DNA from: a virus
Lineage: Duplodnaviria > Caudoviricetes
Direction: 5' to 3' (one strand)
Length of the DNA stretch: 37,210 nucleotides
Virus record (IMG/VR): IMGVR_UViG_3300050162_000123
Span: 1-37,210 of that record
This document shows positions 17,372 to 27,600 of this stretch, in pieces. Both the position numbers and the translations under genes were made by a program. Every line of letters begins with the position of its first letter. Position 1 is the first letter of the stretch. Below the pieces are notes generated by a model that was given only the letters and a program-made list of their open reading frames with translations, had not been told where the DNA came from and made no database searches.

Positions 17372-17938
17372 ATGGCAGCCGACGCCCGTGACCTCGCCAC
17401 TGTTGCCAACCTGGCCGCATGGCTAGGCCTGTCATCCCCCTCTCAGGATGTGCAGGATCAGCTCCAGCGCCTGGTGACGGGCGTATCAGTCTGGATCCAG
17501 ACATGGCTATCTCGTGCCATCGCTTCGGCACCCTACACGGAGACCCGGAACGGGCACGGGGGCACCCGCCTGATTCTGGGGGACTACCCCGTCACAGCGG
17601 TGGCATCAGTCGTGGTCGATGGCCAGACCATCCCCCAAGCTGCTGGCCCCAACCTACCAGGTTGGAAGCTGGCCAACGACCAGATCATTCTGTGGGGCTA
17701 TCGCTTCTCCAGCGGCGACGCCAACGTGGCCATCAGCTACACGGCAGGCTTCGCTACGGTGCCCCCAGACATTGCCCAGGCCTGCATTGATCTCTGCGCC
17801 CTGCGCTGGAAAGAGCGGGACCGCATCGGGCATGTATCCAAGAGCATCGGCGGGGAGACGGTGACCTACATGGTCAAGGATATGCCCGACAACGTGCGGG
17901 TGGTTCTGAACCAATACAAGAAGGTGGTGTGCCCATGA
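17372..17938 (+). CDS. Head-tail adaptor (connector) protein
   Basis: LAT...L..WL start; YTAGF..VPPDIAQA motif; synteny. Confidence 0.85.
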   Translation: MAADARDLATVANLAAWLGLSSPSQDVQDQLQRLVTGVSVWIQTWLSRAIASAPYTETRNGHGGTRLILGDYPVTAVASVVVDGQTIPQAAGPNLPGWKLANDQIILWGYRFSSGDANVAISYTAGFATVPPDIAQACIDLCALRWKERDRIGHVSKSIGGETVTYMVKDMPDNVRVVLNQYKKVVCP

Positions 17939-18414
17939 TCATCGCCCAGGTCATCGGCGCGGATAAGGTCGTTGCCCACCTCTTGACAGCCTCCCCCAGG
18001 GTTATGAGCGGCGTCCAGGGCGAGGTTTCCCGCCTCGTGCTGGCCCTGCTCCGCAAGGTCAAGGAAGAGAAGCTGTCGGGCCAAGTGCTCAAGAACCAGA
18101 CAGGCACCCTTCGGCGCTCGATCAATCAGAAGGTGGTCGCCGGGAACGGCACCATCACTGGCTCCGTGGGGACAAATCTCAGCTATGCCCGAGCCCACGA
18201 GTTCGGCTGCAAGGACACCGTCACCGTGCCGGAACACCTCCGCATGATGAAGGTCGCCTGGGGCAAGGCCGTCAAGGCCCCCCGCCAGATCCTCGTCAGC
18301 GCCCACCCCATGAAGATGAACCTCAAGGAGCGGTCCTTCCTGCGCTCGGCGATCAATGAAATGAATGCTGACATCCGGGCAGGTATCGCCGCTGCCGTAA
18401 GGAAGGCCATATGA
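17935..18414 (+). CDS. Neck / virion morphogenesis protein (HK97 gp10-like)
   Basis: TGTLRRSI, VGTNLSYARAHEFG, RSFLRSA motifs. Confidence 0.88.
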   Translation: MIIAQVIGADKVVAHLLTASPRVMSGVQGEVSRLVLALLRKVKEEKLSGQVLKNQTGTLRRSINQKVVAGNGTITGSVGTNLSYARAHEFGCKDTVTVPEHLRMMKVAWGKAVKAPRQILVSAHPMKMNLKERSFLRSAINEMNADIRAGIAAAVRKAI

Positions 18415-18833
18415 GCCGGGATGCGGCCCTTGCCGCCCTCTTCATCAAGCTCCAGGCCATCCCCGGCCTGGTCACGGTATCCCGCCGCCTGCGGATGTGG
18501 AGCGATGTGGACCCGTCCGAGCAGCCGGCGCTTTTCCTGGCCGGGGGGAATCACACCCCGACTCAGGACCCCTCCGGGATCCCCGCCTACTGGCGACAGA
18601 CCGCGACCCTCTACCTCTATGTCCACACCAGCGACCCCGCCACGGCCCCCGCGACCGTCCTGAATGGACTCCTGGACGCCATCGAGAACGCCATCCTACC
18701 CGTCTACGAGGAGAAGCAGACCCTCGGTGGGACCTGTGAGCACTGCTGGATCTCGGGGCAGATCGAAACCGACGAAGGCGTCCTGGGAGACCAGAGCGTC
18801 GCCATCATCCCGCTCGAAATCCTCACCGCATAG
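18411..18833 (+). CDS. Tail terminator-like protein
   Basis: Position before tail tube; PALFL and QTLGG motifs. Confidence 0.75.
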   Translation: MSRDAALAALFIKLQAIPGLVTVSRRLRMWSDVDPSEQPALFLAGGNHTPTQDPSGIPAYWRQTATLYLYVHTSDPATAPATVLNGLLDAIENAILPVYEEKQTLGGTCEHCWISGQIETDEGVLGDQSVAIIPLEILTA

Positions 18834-18843
18834 GAGCGCATCC

Positions 18844-19017
18844 ATGGACCAAGAAACCACCCCCACCGAAACAGCCGCGCCCCCCGCATGGGAAGCCGAG
18901 CTTGAAACCTGGTTCAACGACCAGCGGGTCAACTTCGCAGGCGTTGAAACCGAACTCTTCAACCGTCTTTTCATCGCCAAGGAGGCCCTGAAGCAACGGC
19001 TTCAGGCAGTCCTCTAG
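18844..19017 (+). CDS. Hypothetical protein, 57 aa
   Basis: AGGAG RBS; fills gap in the late operon. Confidence 0.65.
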   Translation: MDQETTPTETAAPPAWEAELETWFNDQRVNFAGVETELFNRLFIAKEALKQRLQAVL

Positions 19018-19068
19018 GCCTTCCTTCCCACCCTCCTTTGTCACCCAACAGCGACCCCTGGAGAACAT

Positions 19069-19812
19069 ATGGCAGCCATCGGACCTCAGTATAATTTTGG
19101 CGTGGGTCAGCTCATCCTGATCGACAACAGCGCCGCCACCCCCACCCCCGTCAACGTGGGAACCCTCAAGGAGGTTTCCCTCGACATCAGCCGCGATGTG
19201 AAAGAGCTCTACGGAGCGAACATGGCTGCTGAGGACATCGCCCTCGGCAAGATGAAGATCAGCGGCAAGGCCAAGACTGGCCGGATCCAGTCCGCCCTCA
19301 TCGCCGCTCTCCTGGCCGGGTCCACTGTAGCCACCGGACAGACCGCCGCCGCAAACAACGAAGTCGCCACGATCCCTGCCACGCCTTTCACTGTCACCGT
19401 GGTCAATGCAACCACCTGGGTCCAGGATGGCGGCGTCTATGACTACACAGCTGGGATTTGGCTCAAGCGCGTGGCCTCCGCTCCTGCCACGGGTCAGTAT
19501 TCTGTGTCCGCTGGCGCATACCTCTTTGCCGCCGCCGACACCGGGCACCAGGTGGGCATCTACTACAGCTACACCATGACTACGGGCGTCAAGACCGCCC
19601 TCACCAACCAACTCATGGGCTCCGCCATTTCCTTCCAGCTCCTGGTGTTCAACACCTACAAGGGCAAGGCGACCGGCTACAAGCTCTTCAGTGTCACCTT
19701 CCCCAAGCTGGGCTTCGGAGACAAGGCGGAGGATCACCGCGAGATTGACCTGGACTTCCAGGCCAGCGCGGACGCCTCCGGCAACCTCATCGAACTCTAC
19801 TCGGCGGTGTAA
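19069..19812 (+). CDS. Major tail (tube) protein
   Basis: Beta-rich 247 aa before the chaperone and tape measure; GGAG RBS. Confidence 0.82.
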   Translation: MAAIGPQYNFGVGQLILIDNSAATPTPVNVGTLKEVSLDISRDVKELYGANMAAEDIALGKMKISGKAKTGRIQSALIAALLAGSTVATGQTAAANNEVATIPATPFTVTVVNATTWVQDGGVYDYTAGIWLKRVASAPATGQYSVSAGAYLFAAADTGHQVGIYYSYTMTTGVKTALTNQLMGSAISFQLLVFNTYKGKATGYKLFSVTFPKLGFGDKAEDHREIDLDFQASADASGNLIELYSAV

Positions 19813-19814
19813 CC

Positions 19815-20147
19815 ATGGCGACCCTGAAGATCTCGGGCAAGACCTACACCCTGCCAGCCCTGAACACCGGCCAGATCCGGCGCCATGCGGTGCCCCTCCT
19901 GGAGCGGATCTACGGCATGGATGCAGGTGGCGGTCTTGCTGGTGTCGGAGACGTCATCGGCGCCCATGTGGACCTGCTCCACATGGCCTTGAAGAACCAA
20001 TACCCCCACCTGGATCTGGAGGAGGTTGAAACCCTAACCTTCCCCGAGCTGCAGGCGGCGGTGCTGGATCTCCTAATGGTCTCCGGCTTGAGGGGGCCAG
20101 CGGAGGGGGAAGTGACGCCCCAGAAGGTGGCCAAAAAGAGCCGCTGA
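19815..20147 (+). CDS. Tail assembly chaperone (gpG-like)
   Basis: Between tube and tape measure; ends at slippery C-AAA-AAG. Confidence 0.82.
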   Translation: MATLKISGKTYTLPALNTGQIRRHAVPLLERIYGMDAGGGLAGVGDVIGAHVDLLHMALKNQYPHLDLEEVETLTFPELQAAVLDLLMVSGLRGPAEGEVTPQKVAKKSR

Positions 20148-20368
20148 ACTGGGGCGAACTCTACGGAATGGTTGCGACCGGCACGGGGTGGAGCGTCCAG
20201 GCGATTGACGCTACCCCCTGGCCGGACCTCCAAGACCTCCTGTGCTACTGGGGCCATCACCCGCCCGTCCATGTGTTGTTGAGGAACTTCCTCCGGTCTG
20301 AAGACCGCAGCACCGGCCATATCCCCACAGAAGACGAACTCGCCGCAGGTATCGCAGACCTCACTTAG
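20132..20368 (+). CDS. gpT-like extension reached by -1 frameshift (KEPLNWGELYGMVATGTGW...)
   Basis: -1 frame open from the slippery site 20132-20138 to TAG 20368. Confidence 0.75.
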   Translation, partial: QKEPLNWGELYGMVATGTGWSVQAIDATPWPDLQDLLCYWGHHPPVHVLLRNFLRSEDRSTGHIPTEDELAAGIADLT

Positions 20369-20376
20369 GACACGAC

Positions 20377-22740
20377 ATGGCCAACAATCCCGAGCCCATC
20401 GAAGTCTCGATCGTCGCCAGAATCCAGGGCCTCCTGGATGGGCTGAACACCGGCACCAGTGCCGTAAAGAACGCCACAGGCGAGATGCAGGGAGCCTTCG
20501 GCAAACTGGAATCTGTCATCGGCAACATCAAGGCACCCTTCCTCGCTCTTTCTGCAGCTCTGGGAGGCGGGGCCATCTTCAAGTCCTGTGTGGACGAGAC
20601 GCTGAAGTGGAACGGAGAGGCTATGAAGCTCTCCAGGACCCTGGGCATCACGACCCAGGAGGCGTCCGTCCTGAACCTCGCTCTGGGAGACATCTACACC
20701 GACTCTCAGACATACATCGGTGCGGTGCAGATGATGACCCGCCAGCTGAACAGCGGCGGGGCAGGCTTCAAGAAGCTCGGTATCGAGACCAAGGACAGTA
20801 GCGGCCACCTCAAGTCATCCAGTGAGTTGATGACGGAGACCCTGACCAAGCTCAACGAGATGAAGGCTGGCACAGATCGCAACGCCGCAGGCATGGCCAT
20901 CTTCGGGCGGTCCTGGGGTGAGGCCACAAAACTGCTCAAGCTCAATGCCGAGGTCATGGCAGAAGCCCGCCAGAAGGCCGAGCGACTCCATCTCATCGTG
21001 GGGCCCGAGGGCGTGGCCATGACGAAAGCCTACAAGGCCGCGATGAACGACGTCGAGGACTGCTTCCAGAGCCTCAAGGTTCAGGTGGGGAACATGGTCC
21101 TCCCCATCCTGGTCAAGCTTGGGACATGGATGGGGGAGAACGGGCCCGGTCTGTGTGACGCCTTTGGTGTGGGGCTCAAGAGCCTGATCACTGTCTTCTA
21201 TGCCATCAAGGCTGTTATTGAGACGGTGACGATCATCATCACCGGGTTCTTCCAGAACATCTATTCCGGTGTGGCAGCCTTCGCCAGCGTCATCAACCGG
21301 GTCGTCCACGGCGACTTCAAGGGCGCATGGCAGGAGGCCCAGAACGGGGGCAAGGAGATCCAGGCATCGCACGAGGCTGCTGCCGAGGGCGTCAAGCAGG
21401 CTTGGCAGAACATGGCCCAGAGCACCAAGGACCTTTGGCACCCCAAGACCCAAGCACCCAGCAAGGTCGAGCAGACGGGCGCGACCTTCAACCCCGGGGA
21501 CGGCAGCAAAAAAACCCAGATGCAGAAGTGGGAAGAGGAACTGTCCCAGGCCAAGGCTGTCATCGAGGAGAACAGCAACTATCTGTCCACCATGGGGCAG
21601 GAAAGCGAGATGAAGTTTTGGCAGGGCAAGCTCTCCGTGGCCAAGGCCGGGAGTGACGACGCTATCGCCATCATCCACAAGCTCTCCACACTGGCCCAGG
21701 CCATTGAGAAGGAGCGCACTGCCGCCGCCGAGAAGGCCGAAAAGGAGCGCCAAGCCCTCACCAAGGAGACGACCAAGGGCCAGATCGCCGAGGCGCAGCG
21801 GCAGCTTGAGGCCGAGAAGGAGACCCTGGCTCACCGCGTAGCCATGGGGCAGATCACCGCCGCCGAGCGCGTCTCCCTGGAGAAGTCCTTCGTGGATCGG
21901 GCTGTCGTCTTGGAGCTCCGGGCGGTCGAGGACGAAATGAAGGGGCTCCAAAAGGGCACCGCCGAATACCAGCGGGCCGAGAACCAGAAGACTGCCCTGG
22001 CAGCGAAGGGCGCCGCCCAGCGGATCGCCCTGAACAACCAAGAGAAGGAAAAAGAACTTGCAGCCTATCGCGCTGTGGTCAACGGTATGACCTCGAACTG
22101 GGAGAAGGGCATCAGCGCCATGCTGCGCGGCACCCTGAGCTTCCAGAAGGGCATCCAGAAGGCGTTCCAGGGCATCGGGCAATACATCGAGCAGACCTGC
22201 ATCAAGGCAGGCCTGGATTGGGCAAGGGGTGAAGCCACCAAGACCCTCGCAACCCTGATGGGCAACAAGACCCGCGTCACCGACGATGAAACCAGCGCCC
22301 TCAAGTCCCTGGCTCTCTACGCTGCCAGCGCCATCAAGCAGATCGCCATCAGCGCATACAAGGCCGCCGCAGGCGCATATTCCGCGCTTGTGTCCATCCC
22401 CTACGTCGGGCCGTTCATCGCCCCCGCCGCTGCGGGCTTGGCCTTGGCTGCCGTGATCGGCTTCGGGTCTCGCATCGCATCTGCCTCGGGCGGTTGGGAT
22501 CGGGTGCCTTCAGACCAGGTGGCCCAGATCCACAAGGATGAGATGGTGCTCCCCGCGCATCTGGCCCAGGGCGTGCGCGACATGACCACTAACGGCGGGA
22601 GCGGAGGCGCCAGTGGCGGAGGTCTGACCCTCAACGTCTCCGCCATGGATGCCAAGTCCTTCCATAACTATCTCCGAAGCAACCAGACCGCCCTCGCCAA
22701 GGTGATGGGCGAGATGAGCAGGAACGGGAGGAAAGCATGA
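20377..22740 (+). CDS. Tape measure protein
   Basis: 787 aa Ala-rich helical protein; FKKLGI.TKDS.G.LK, IPYVGP, IHKDEMVLPA motifs. Confidence 0.93.
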   Translation: MANNPEPIEVSIVARIQGLLDGLNTGTSAVKNATGEMQGAFGKLESVIGNIKAPFLALSAALGGGAIFKSCVDETLKWNGEAMKLSRTLGITTQEASVLNLALGDIYTDSQTYIGAVQMMTRQLNSGGAGFKKLGIETKDSSGHLKSSSELMTETLTKLNEMKAGTDRNAAGMAIFGRSWGEATKLLKLNAEVMAEARQKAERLHLIVGPEGVAMTKAYKAAMNDVEDCFQSLKVQVGNMVLPILVKLGTWMGENGPGLCDAFGVGLKSLITVFYAIKAVIETVTIIITGFFQNIYSGVAAFASVINRVVHGDFKGAWQEAQNGGKEIQASHEAAAEGVKQAWQNMAQSTKDLWHPKTQAPSKVEQTGATFNPGDGSKKTQMQKWEEELSQAKAVIEENSNYLSTMGQESEMKFWQGKLSVAKAGSDDAIAIIHKLSTLAQAIEKERTAAAEKAEKERQALTKETTKGQIAEAQRQLEAEKETLAHRVAMGQITAAERVSLEKSFVDRAVVLELRAVEDEMKGLQKGTAEYQRAENQKTALAAKGAAQRIALNNQEKEKELAAYRAVVNGMTSNWEKGISAMLRGTLSFQKGIQKAFQGIGQYIEQTCIKAGLDWARGEATKTLATLMGNKTRVTDDETSALKSLALYAASAIKQIAISAYKAAAGAYSALVSIPYVGPFIAPAAAGLALAAVIGFGSRIASASGGWDRVPSDQVAQIHKDEMVLPAHLAQGVRDMTTNGGSGGASGGGLTLNVSAMDAKSFHNYLRSNQTALAKVMGEMSRNGRKA

Positions 22741-23345
22741 GTTCTCAGGTCTTCCCCTCCCTCCCCGGCCTAGACATCGCCGTGAAGCGCACCCAGAGCC
22801 ATGCCACCCTCGTCCAGACCGCCGCCTCCGGGAAGGAGCAGCGGGCGTCGTTCCGTAGCGGGCGCCCTCGGTATTCCTACTCCCTGACATTCAACTTCCT
22901 CCGGCAGTCCGGCTTCTCCCGCAATACCGTCTACGACGAGTTGGCAAAGCTCTCTCAGTTCATGGCCGACATGAAGGGGCGCTTTGACTCGTTCCTCTTC
23001 ACGGATCCAGTTGCCTCCACGGTGACTGGGAAGGCCTTCGGAACCGGCGACGGGACCACGGTCGCCTTCCAACTGGTGGACCCCTTGGGCGCCCCCATCT
23101 ATGACCTGAACGGGATAGCTTCGATCTACGTGGCCGGGGCGCTGAAGACCCTGACCACGGATTACACCATCAGCTCCACCGGGCTGGTGACCTTCGTATC
23201 CGCTCCGGCATCGGCTGCTGCCATCGCTTGGTCCGGGGCCTTCTACCGCCGCTGCCGGTTTGACGCGGATGAGCTGGAATTAGAGCGCCTGGTGAAACTC
23301 GCATGGTCGGGTGAGGACATCAAGATTGCGAGCGTGGTCCTATGA
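22737..23345 (+). CDS. Distal tail protein, DUF2460 family (GTA g12-like)
   Basis: ASGKEQR, F..MKGR..SFLFTDP, GTGDGTT.FQL, CRFD.D motifs. Confidence 0.88.
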   Translation: MSSQVFPSLPGLDIAVKRTQSHATLVQTAASGKEQRASFRSGRPRYSYSLTFNFLRQSGFSRNTVYDELAKLSQFMADMKGRFDSFLFTDPVASTVTGKAFGTGDGTTVAFQLVDPLGAPIYDLNGIASIYVAGALKTLTTDYTISSTGLVTFVSAPASAAAIAWSGAFYRRCRFDADELELERLVKLAWSGEDIKIASVVL

Positions 23346-24208
23346 AACCAGCCAGCACCAACCTAACCAACCTCTTGGCTACGGGTTCGTTCTTTATGGC
23401 GGACCTCTATACGCTCACCCTCCAGGGCGGCACCGTCTACACCTGGACCAGCGCGGATACCGACATCACCTGCAGCGGAACCACCTGGACGGCTGCGCCC
23501 GACAACGGAACCCAACCCCTCCCCAAGAGGGGCACCTGTCGGCAGGCCAAGGGGCTGGAGGTATCCACTCTGGATGTGACGCTCAACTGTGGCCAATCGG
23601 CGCTCATTGGTTCCGCAAAGATTCCCCTCTTCGCAGCCAATGGTGGGTTCGATGGTGCCCGGCTGCTCATCCAGAGGGCGTTCATGGCCACCTGGGGGGA
23701 CGCCTCAGCTGGGCTTATGACCCTCTTTGAGGGGCTCGTGGCGGGAGTGGATCCCGGAGCGACCCAGGTAGTGCTCCACCTCAAGGCGGATACCGAGAGG
23801 TTGGAATCCATGAACATGCCCCGCACTCTCTTTTCCACGGTCTGCAACAACATGTTTGGCGACTCCGGGTGCGGTCTGAGCCTGGCGAGCCTGGCGGTTA
23901 CGTGCTCCTGCATTAGCGCGGACACTATGGCCACCCTCAATGGGGCGTCAGGGAAGGCGGACAACTACTACGCTAACGGTTACGTGATCTTCACCAGTGG
24001 CGCCAATGCGGGGGCCTGCCGATCCATCTCGAGCTACGTCGGTGGCGTCATCACCCTGGCACTGGCCCTTCCCAGTGCTCCAGCTGTGGGGGACACCTAC
24101 AAGGCCCTCCCCGGCTGCTCCCGGACCCGCTCCGGCTGCTCCGGGTGGAGCAACCTTGCCAACTTTAGGGGTTACCCCTTTGTCCCTGTCGCTGAAACGG
24201 CCTACTAG
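23342..24208 (+). CDS. Baseplate hub protein, DUF2163/BR0599 family (GTA g13-like)
   Basis: G.FDGA, C...GD.GC, PGC.RT..C...N..NFRGYPFVP. Confidence 0.88.
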   Translation: MKPASTNLTNLLATGSFFMADLYTLTLQGGTVYTWTSADTDITCSGTTWTAAPDNGTQPLPKRGTCRQAKGLEVSTLDVTLNCGQSALIGSAKIPLFAANGGFDGARLLIQRAFMATWGDASAGLMTLFEGLVAGVDPGATQVVLHLKADTERLESMNMPRTLFSTVCNNMFGDSGCGLSLASLAVTCSCISADTMATLNGASGKADNYYANGYVIFTSGANAGACRSISSYVGGVITLALALPSAPAVGDTYKALPGCSRTRSGCSGWSNLANFRGYPFVPVAETAY

Positions 24209-24217
24209 GAGCGCATC

Positions 24218-24655
24218 ATGAACGAGACTGATGAACGTGCTGCGGTAGTCCGAGAGGCCCTCTCCTGGGTCGGCACGCCCTACCACCACCAGGCTCGAGT
24301 GAAGAGGGCTGGCGTGGATTGTGGGCAAATACTGGCGGCAGTCTATGAGGCCGCTGGGCTCATCCCCCATGTCGATCCAGGCGATTACCCGAGCGACTGG
24401 CATCTCCACCGAGAGGGGGAGCGTTATCTGGAAGTGGTACAGATGCACGCCCGTGAGATCGACGGTCCGCCGTCCCCGGGGGACATCGCCGTGTGGCGCT
24501 TCGGGTGCACCTTCAGCCACGGGGCCATCGTTATCGACTGGCCGGAGATCGTTCACAGCTACGTGAATGTGGGCGTCACGAAGGACAACGCGCTGGAGAA
24601 CTCGGCCCTGTCCTCTCGTCCAGTCAGGTTTTTCAGCCCATGGGGTGATAAATGA
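24218..24655 (+). CDS. NlpC/P60 tail-associated peptidase (GTA g14-like)
   Basis: WVGTPYHHQ...GVDC...SHGAI...IVHS. Confidence 0.92.
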   Translation: MNETDERAAVVREALSWVGTPYHHQARVKRAGVDCGQILAAVYEAAGLIPHVDPGDYPSDWHLHREGERYLEVVQMHAREIDGPPSPGDIAVWRFGCTFSHGAIVIDWPEIVHSYVNVGVTKDNALENSALSSRPVRFFSPWGDK

Positions 24656-27600
24656 GCGGTATTTTCGGGAAATCGACCCACACCTACTCTGACCGGCTGG
24701 TGGGCCTTAGTTTCTCTTCCTCCACGTATGGGCAGCCGCTCCCCCTCGCCTACGGCACTCCGCGAATCAATGGGAACCTGATCGACTACGACGATTTTTC
24801 GACCCATGCGAACACCACCAGCGCCAGTGGCAAGGGAGGCGGATCCACCAGCACCAACTACACCTATTCGGCCTCAATGGTCTTTGCCCTCTGCGAGGGG
24901 GGGGCCGGTGGGATCGCCCAGGTTGGGCGGGTATGGCGTGACAAGGAGATCGAAACTCTCGCGTATTACGGATTCACCCTCAAAAACGGGGCCTGGGGGC
25001 AGTCGGCTTATTCCTACTGGTCCTCGAACCATGCGGCCAAGGCACTCCCTTACTCGGGGACGGCCTACGCTGCCATCGCCAATTTCGCACTGGGAGACAC
25101 CAATAGCACCGGCACATGGGGTTTCGAGACCATGGCCCTGCTGGCCACCGAGACGGACACCAATCAGCAGATCAGCCTGGGGACCGGCAACGGGACGAAC
25201 CCGACCTTCGAGCTATTGGATGCCAACGGGATGTCCATCACGGACCTCAGCGGCTATCCCTCCAGGCTGTTCTATGTTCAGGGCGTGGCCACCACCGCCT
25301 ATACCCTGGGGACCGTGAACGGGAACTACTACGTCACCTTCACGACTGCTCCGACCAACGGGGCCAGCGTCACTTGGGCTGGGACCTCGGTCCTGGCGAA
25401 GGACGCGAGGCCGGAATCAGTGGTCTCTGACTTCCTGACGAATGCCTATTATGGTGCCGGGTGGGCCTCGGCGCGGATCGCGGATCTCTCCGCCGGGGCG
25501 TCAAGCTACGGCGTCTACTGCCAGGCGATGGGGTTCGCCATCTCCCCAGTGTTTAAGGAGAGCAAGGCGGCAAAAGATCACCTTCAGGATATTTTGGATG
25601 CGACGAACGCCGAGGCCCTGATGAGCCCCGATAACACCGGGAGGATGGTCCTCAAGGTTGTCCCGCTGGGAGATCAGAGCATCTCCGCCAATGGGACCAC
25701 CTATACGCCGACCATTGCCGTCCGGGCGGCGTTGACCTATGACGACTTTCTGGGGGTCCTGGACGCATCGGGGGTCCCGACCGGGGACGATGCCATCACG
25801 ATTGAGCGGGTCAGCCCGGCAGATGTGAAGAACATTGTGCCCGTGAACTTCTCTGACCGCATGGACGCCTACAACACCGGCAACGCCCAGGAGCCGGAGC
25901 AGACGGATGTGGCCCAGAACGGAGAGAAGAAGGACTCGGCGAAGGATATGCCGATGATTGTGCGACGAGCCCATGCGAAGACCATCAGCAAGATCCTGGC
26001 CCAGCGGAACTGCTGGGTTCGGAACACGTATACCTTCAAGGTCGGGTGGAAGTGGATTCTGTTGGAACCCCTCGATTTCGTGACACTCACGGATCCCATC
26101 CTTGGCCTGAATGCCCAGCTTGTCCGGATCGACTCCGTGGAGATGCCCGAGGAGTCTGGCGAGGAGGATGGCCTCACCATTGTGGCCAGCGACTGGCCCT
26201 ACGGAACGGGCCACGCCACAGTCTACGGCGCCACCGAGGGCGGAGGCAGCGGAACCACGGTGAACGGCCAAGCGGACCCTGGTAATACAACTGCCGTGGT
26301 ATTCGACTCTCCGGCGAGCTACAGCGCCAGCGGAGGGCCTGAACTGCTAGTGGCCGCCACCGGCGGGAGCAAGTGGGGAGGCTGCAACGTCTGGGCCTCC
26401 TTGGACGGCGCCACCTATTCCCAGGTCGGGACGATAGGCGACAAGGGGCGGTTTGGCACCCTGACTGCAGCCCTCGCTGTGGGCGGGAACGCCTCGGTGG
26501 ACCTCTCTGCGTCCACCGGCACCCTCACCAGTGTCACTGCTGCGGTGGCTGCCAGTGGACAAACCTTGTGCTGGTGTGACGGGGAGTTGATGGGCTATTC
26601 CACGGCCACCCTGACCTCTGGCTATGCCTACACGCTGGCCCTCCCGCTCCGTGGGGCCATCGATACCGTTGCAGCCTCTCACGCCAGCGGGAAGTCTTTT
26701 GTGCGCCTGGATGGGGGCATCTTCCGGTATGCAGTGCCGTCCTCCCAGCTTGGAACGGCCATCTATATCAAGCTCCAGAGCTTCAACACTCTCGGCGGCG
26801 GAGTTCAGGATCTCAGCACCCTCTCGCCCGTGACCTACACCCCCACGAGCCAGGGCACCTACGCCAATTCGAGCGGTTCCACTAGCTCCAGTTCCGCAGC
26901 TCGAAGTGCCTCCTCGGATTGGCTGACCCGCGACAAAAAGCCCACCCTGGTGAATAGCTACAACACGGAGAGCGCGAGCTACATGGCTCTCTCCGCCCAG
27001 GCCCAGGGGCTTGCCATTGGATATACGGCCTACCAGAACGCCTGGACTGCTGTGATGGGGTTCCTGACGGCCCTGACCCCCGCTTGGAGCGACACCACCC
27101 AGGACACCTACCTGGGCTCCGGAGGGGGCGACACCCTCACGAGCCTCTGGTCGACCCTGACGGCTGCCGAAGCGGCTCTTGTGACCACCATCACCCAGAC
27201 CATTGCCAGCAACGCGGCATCTGCAGCAGCGATTGCGGCCCAGAATGCCGCTATCTCGGCAGCAGCCACCACAGCTATGCAGAAGGCGGACTACACCACG
27301 GACGGGGTGCATATCAACGGCACCACCCTGGCCGGGGCAAGCATCACCGCCGCCGCGATGGCCAACAGCAACAGCACGAACCTGATCCCAAACCCGAACA
27401 GCGAAGCAACTGCACCGACCGGGGGATGGCCCAGCGGTGCCTTGGAGGCCGTGGGGCTCAGTAGCAGCAGCGCATACGCCGGAACCAAGAGCCGGATGGT
27501 ACAGACAACTACCGGGACTCAAACATGGTTAGCGATCACGGCCTATATAGCCTGCAACCCAGGTGAGCAGTTCTTCGTCCAGGCCTATACCGCTCCTAAC

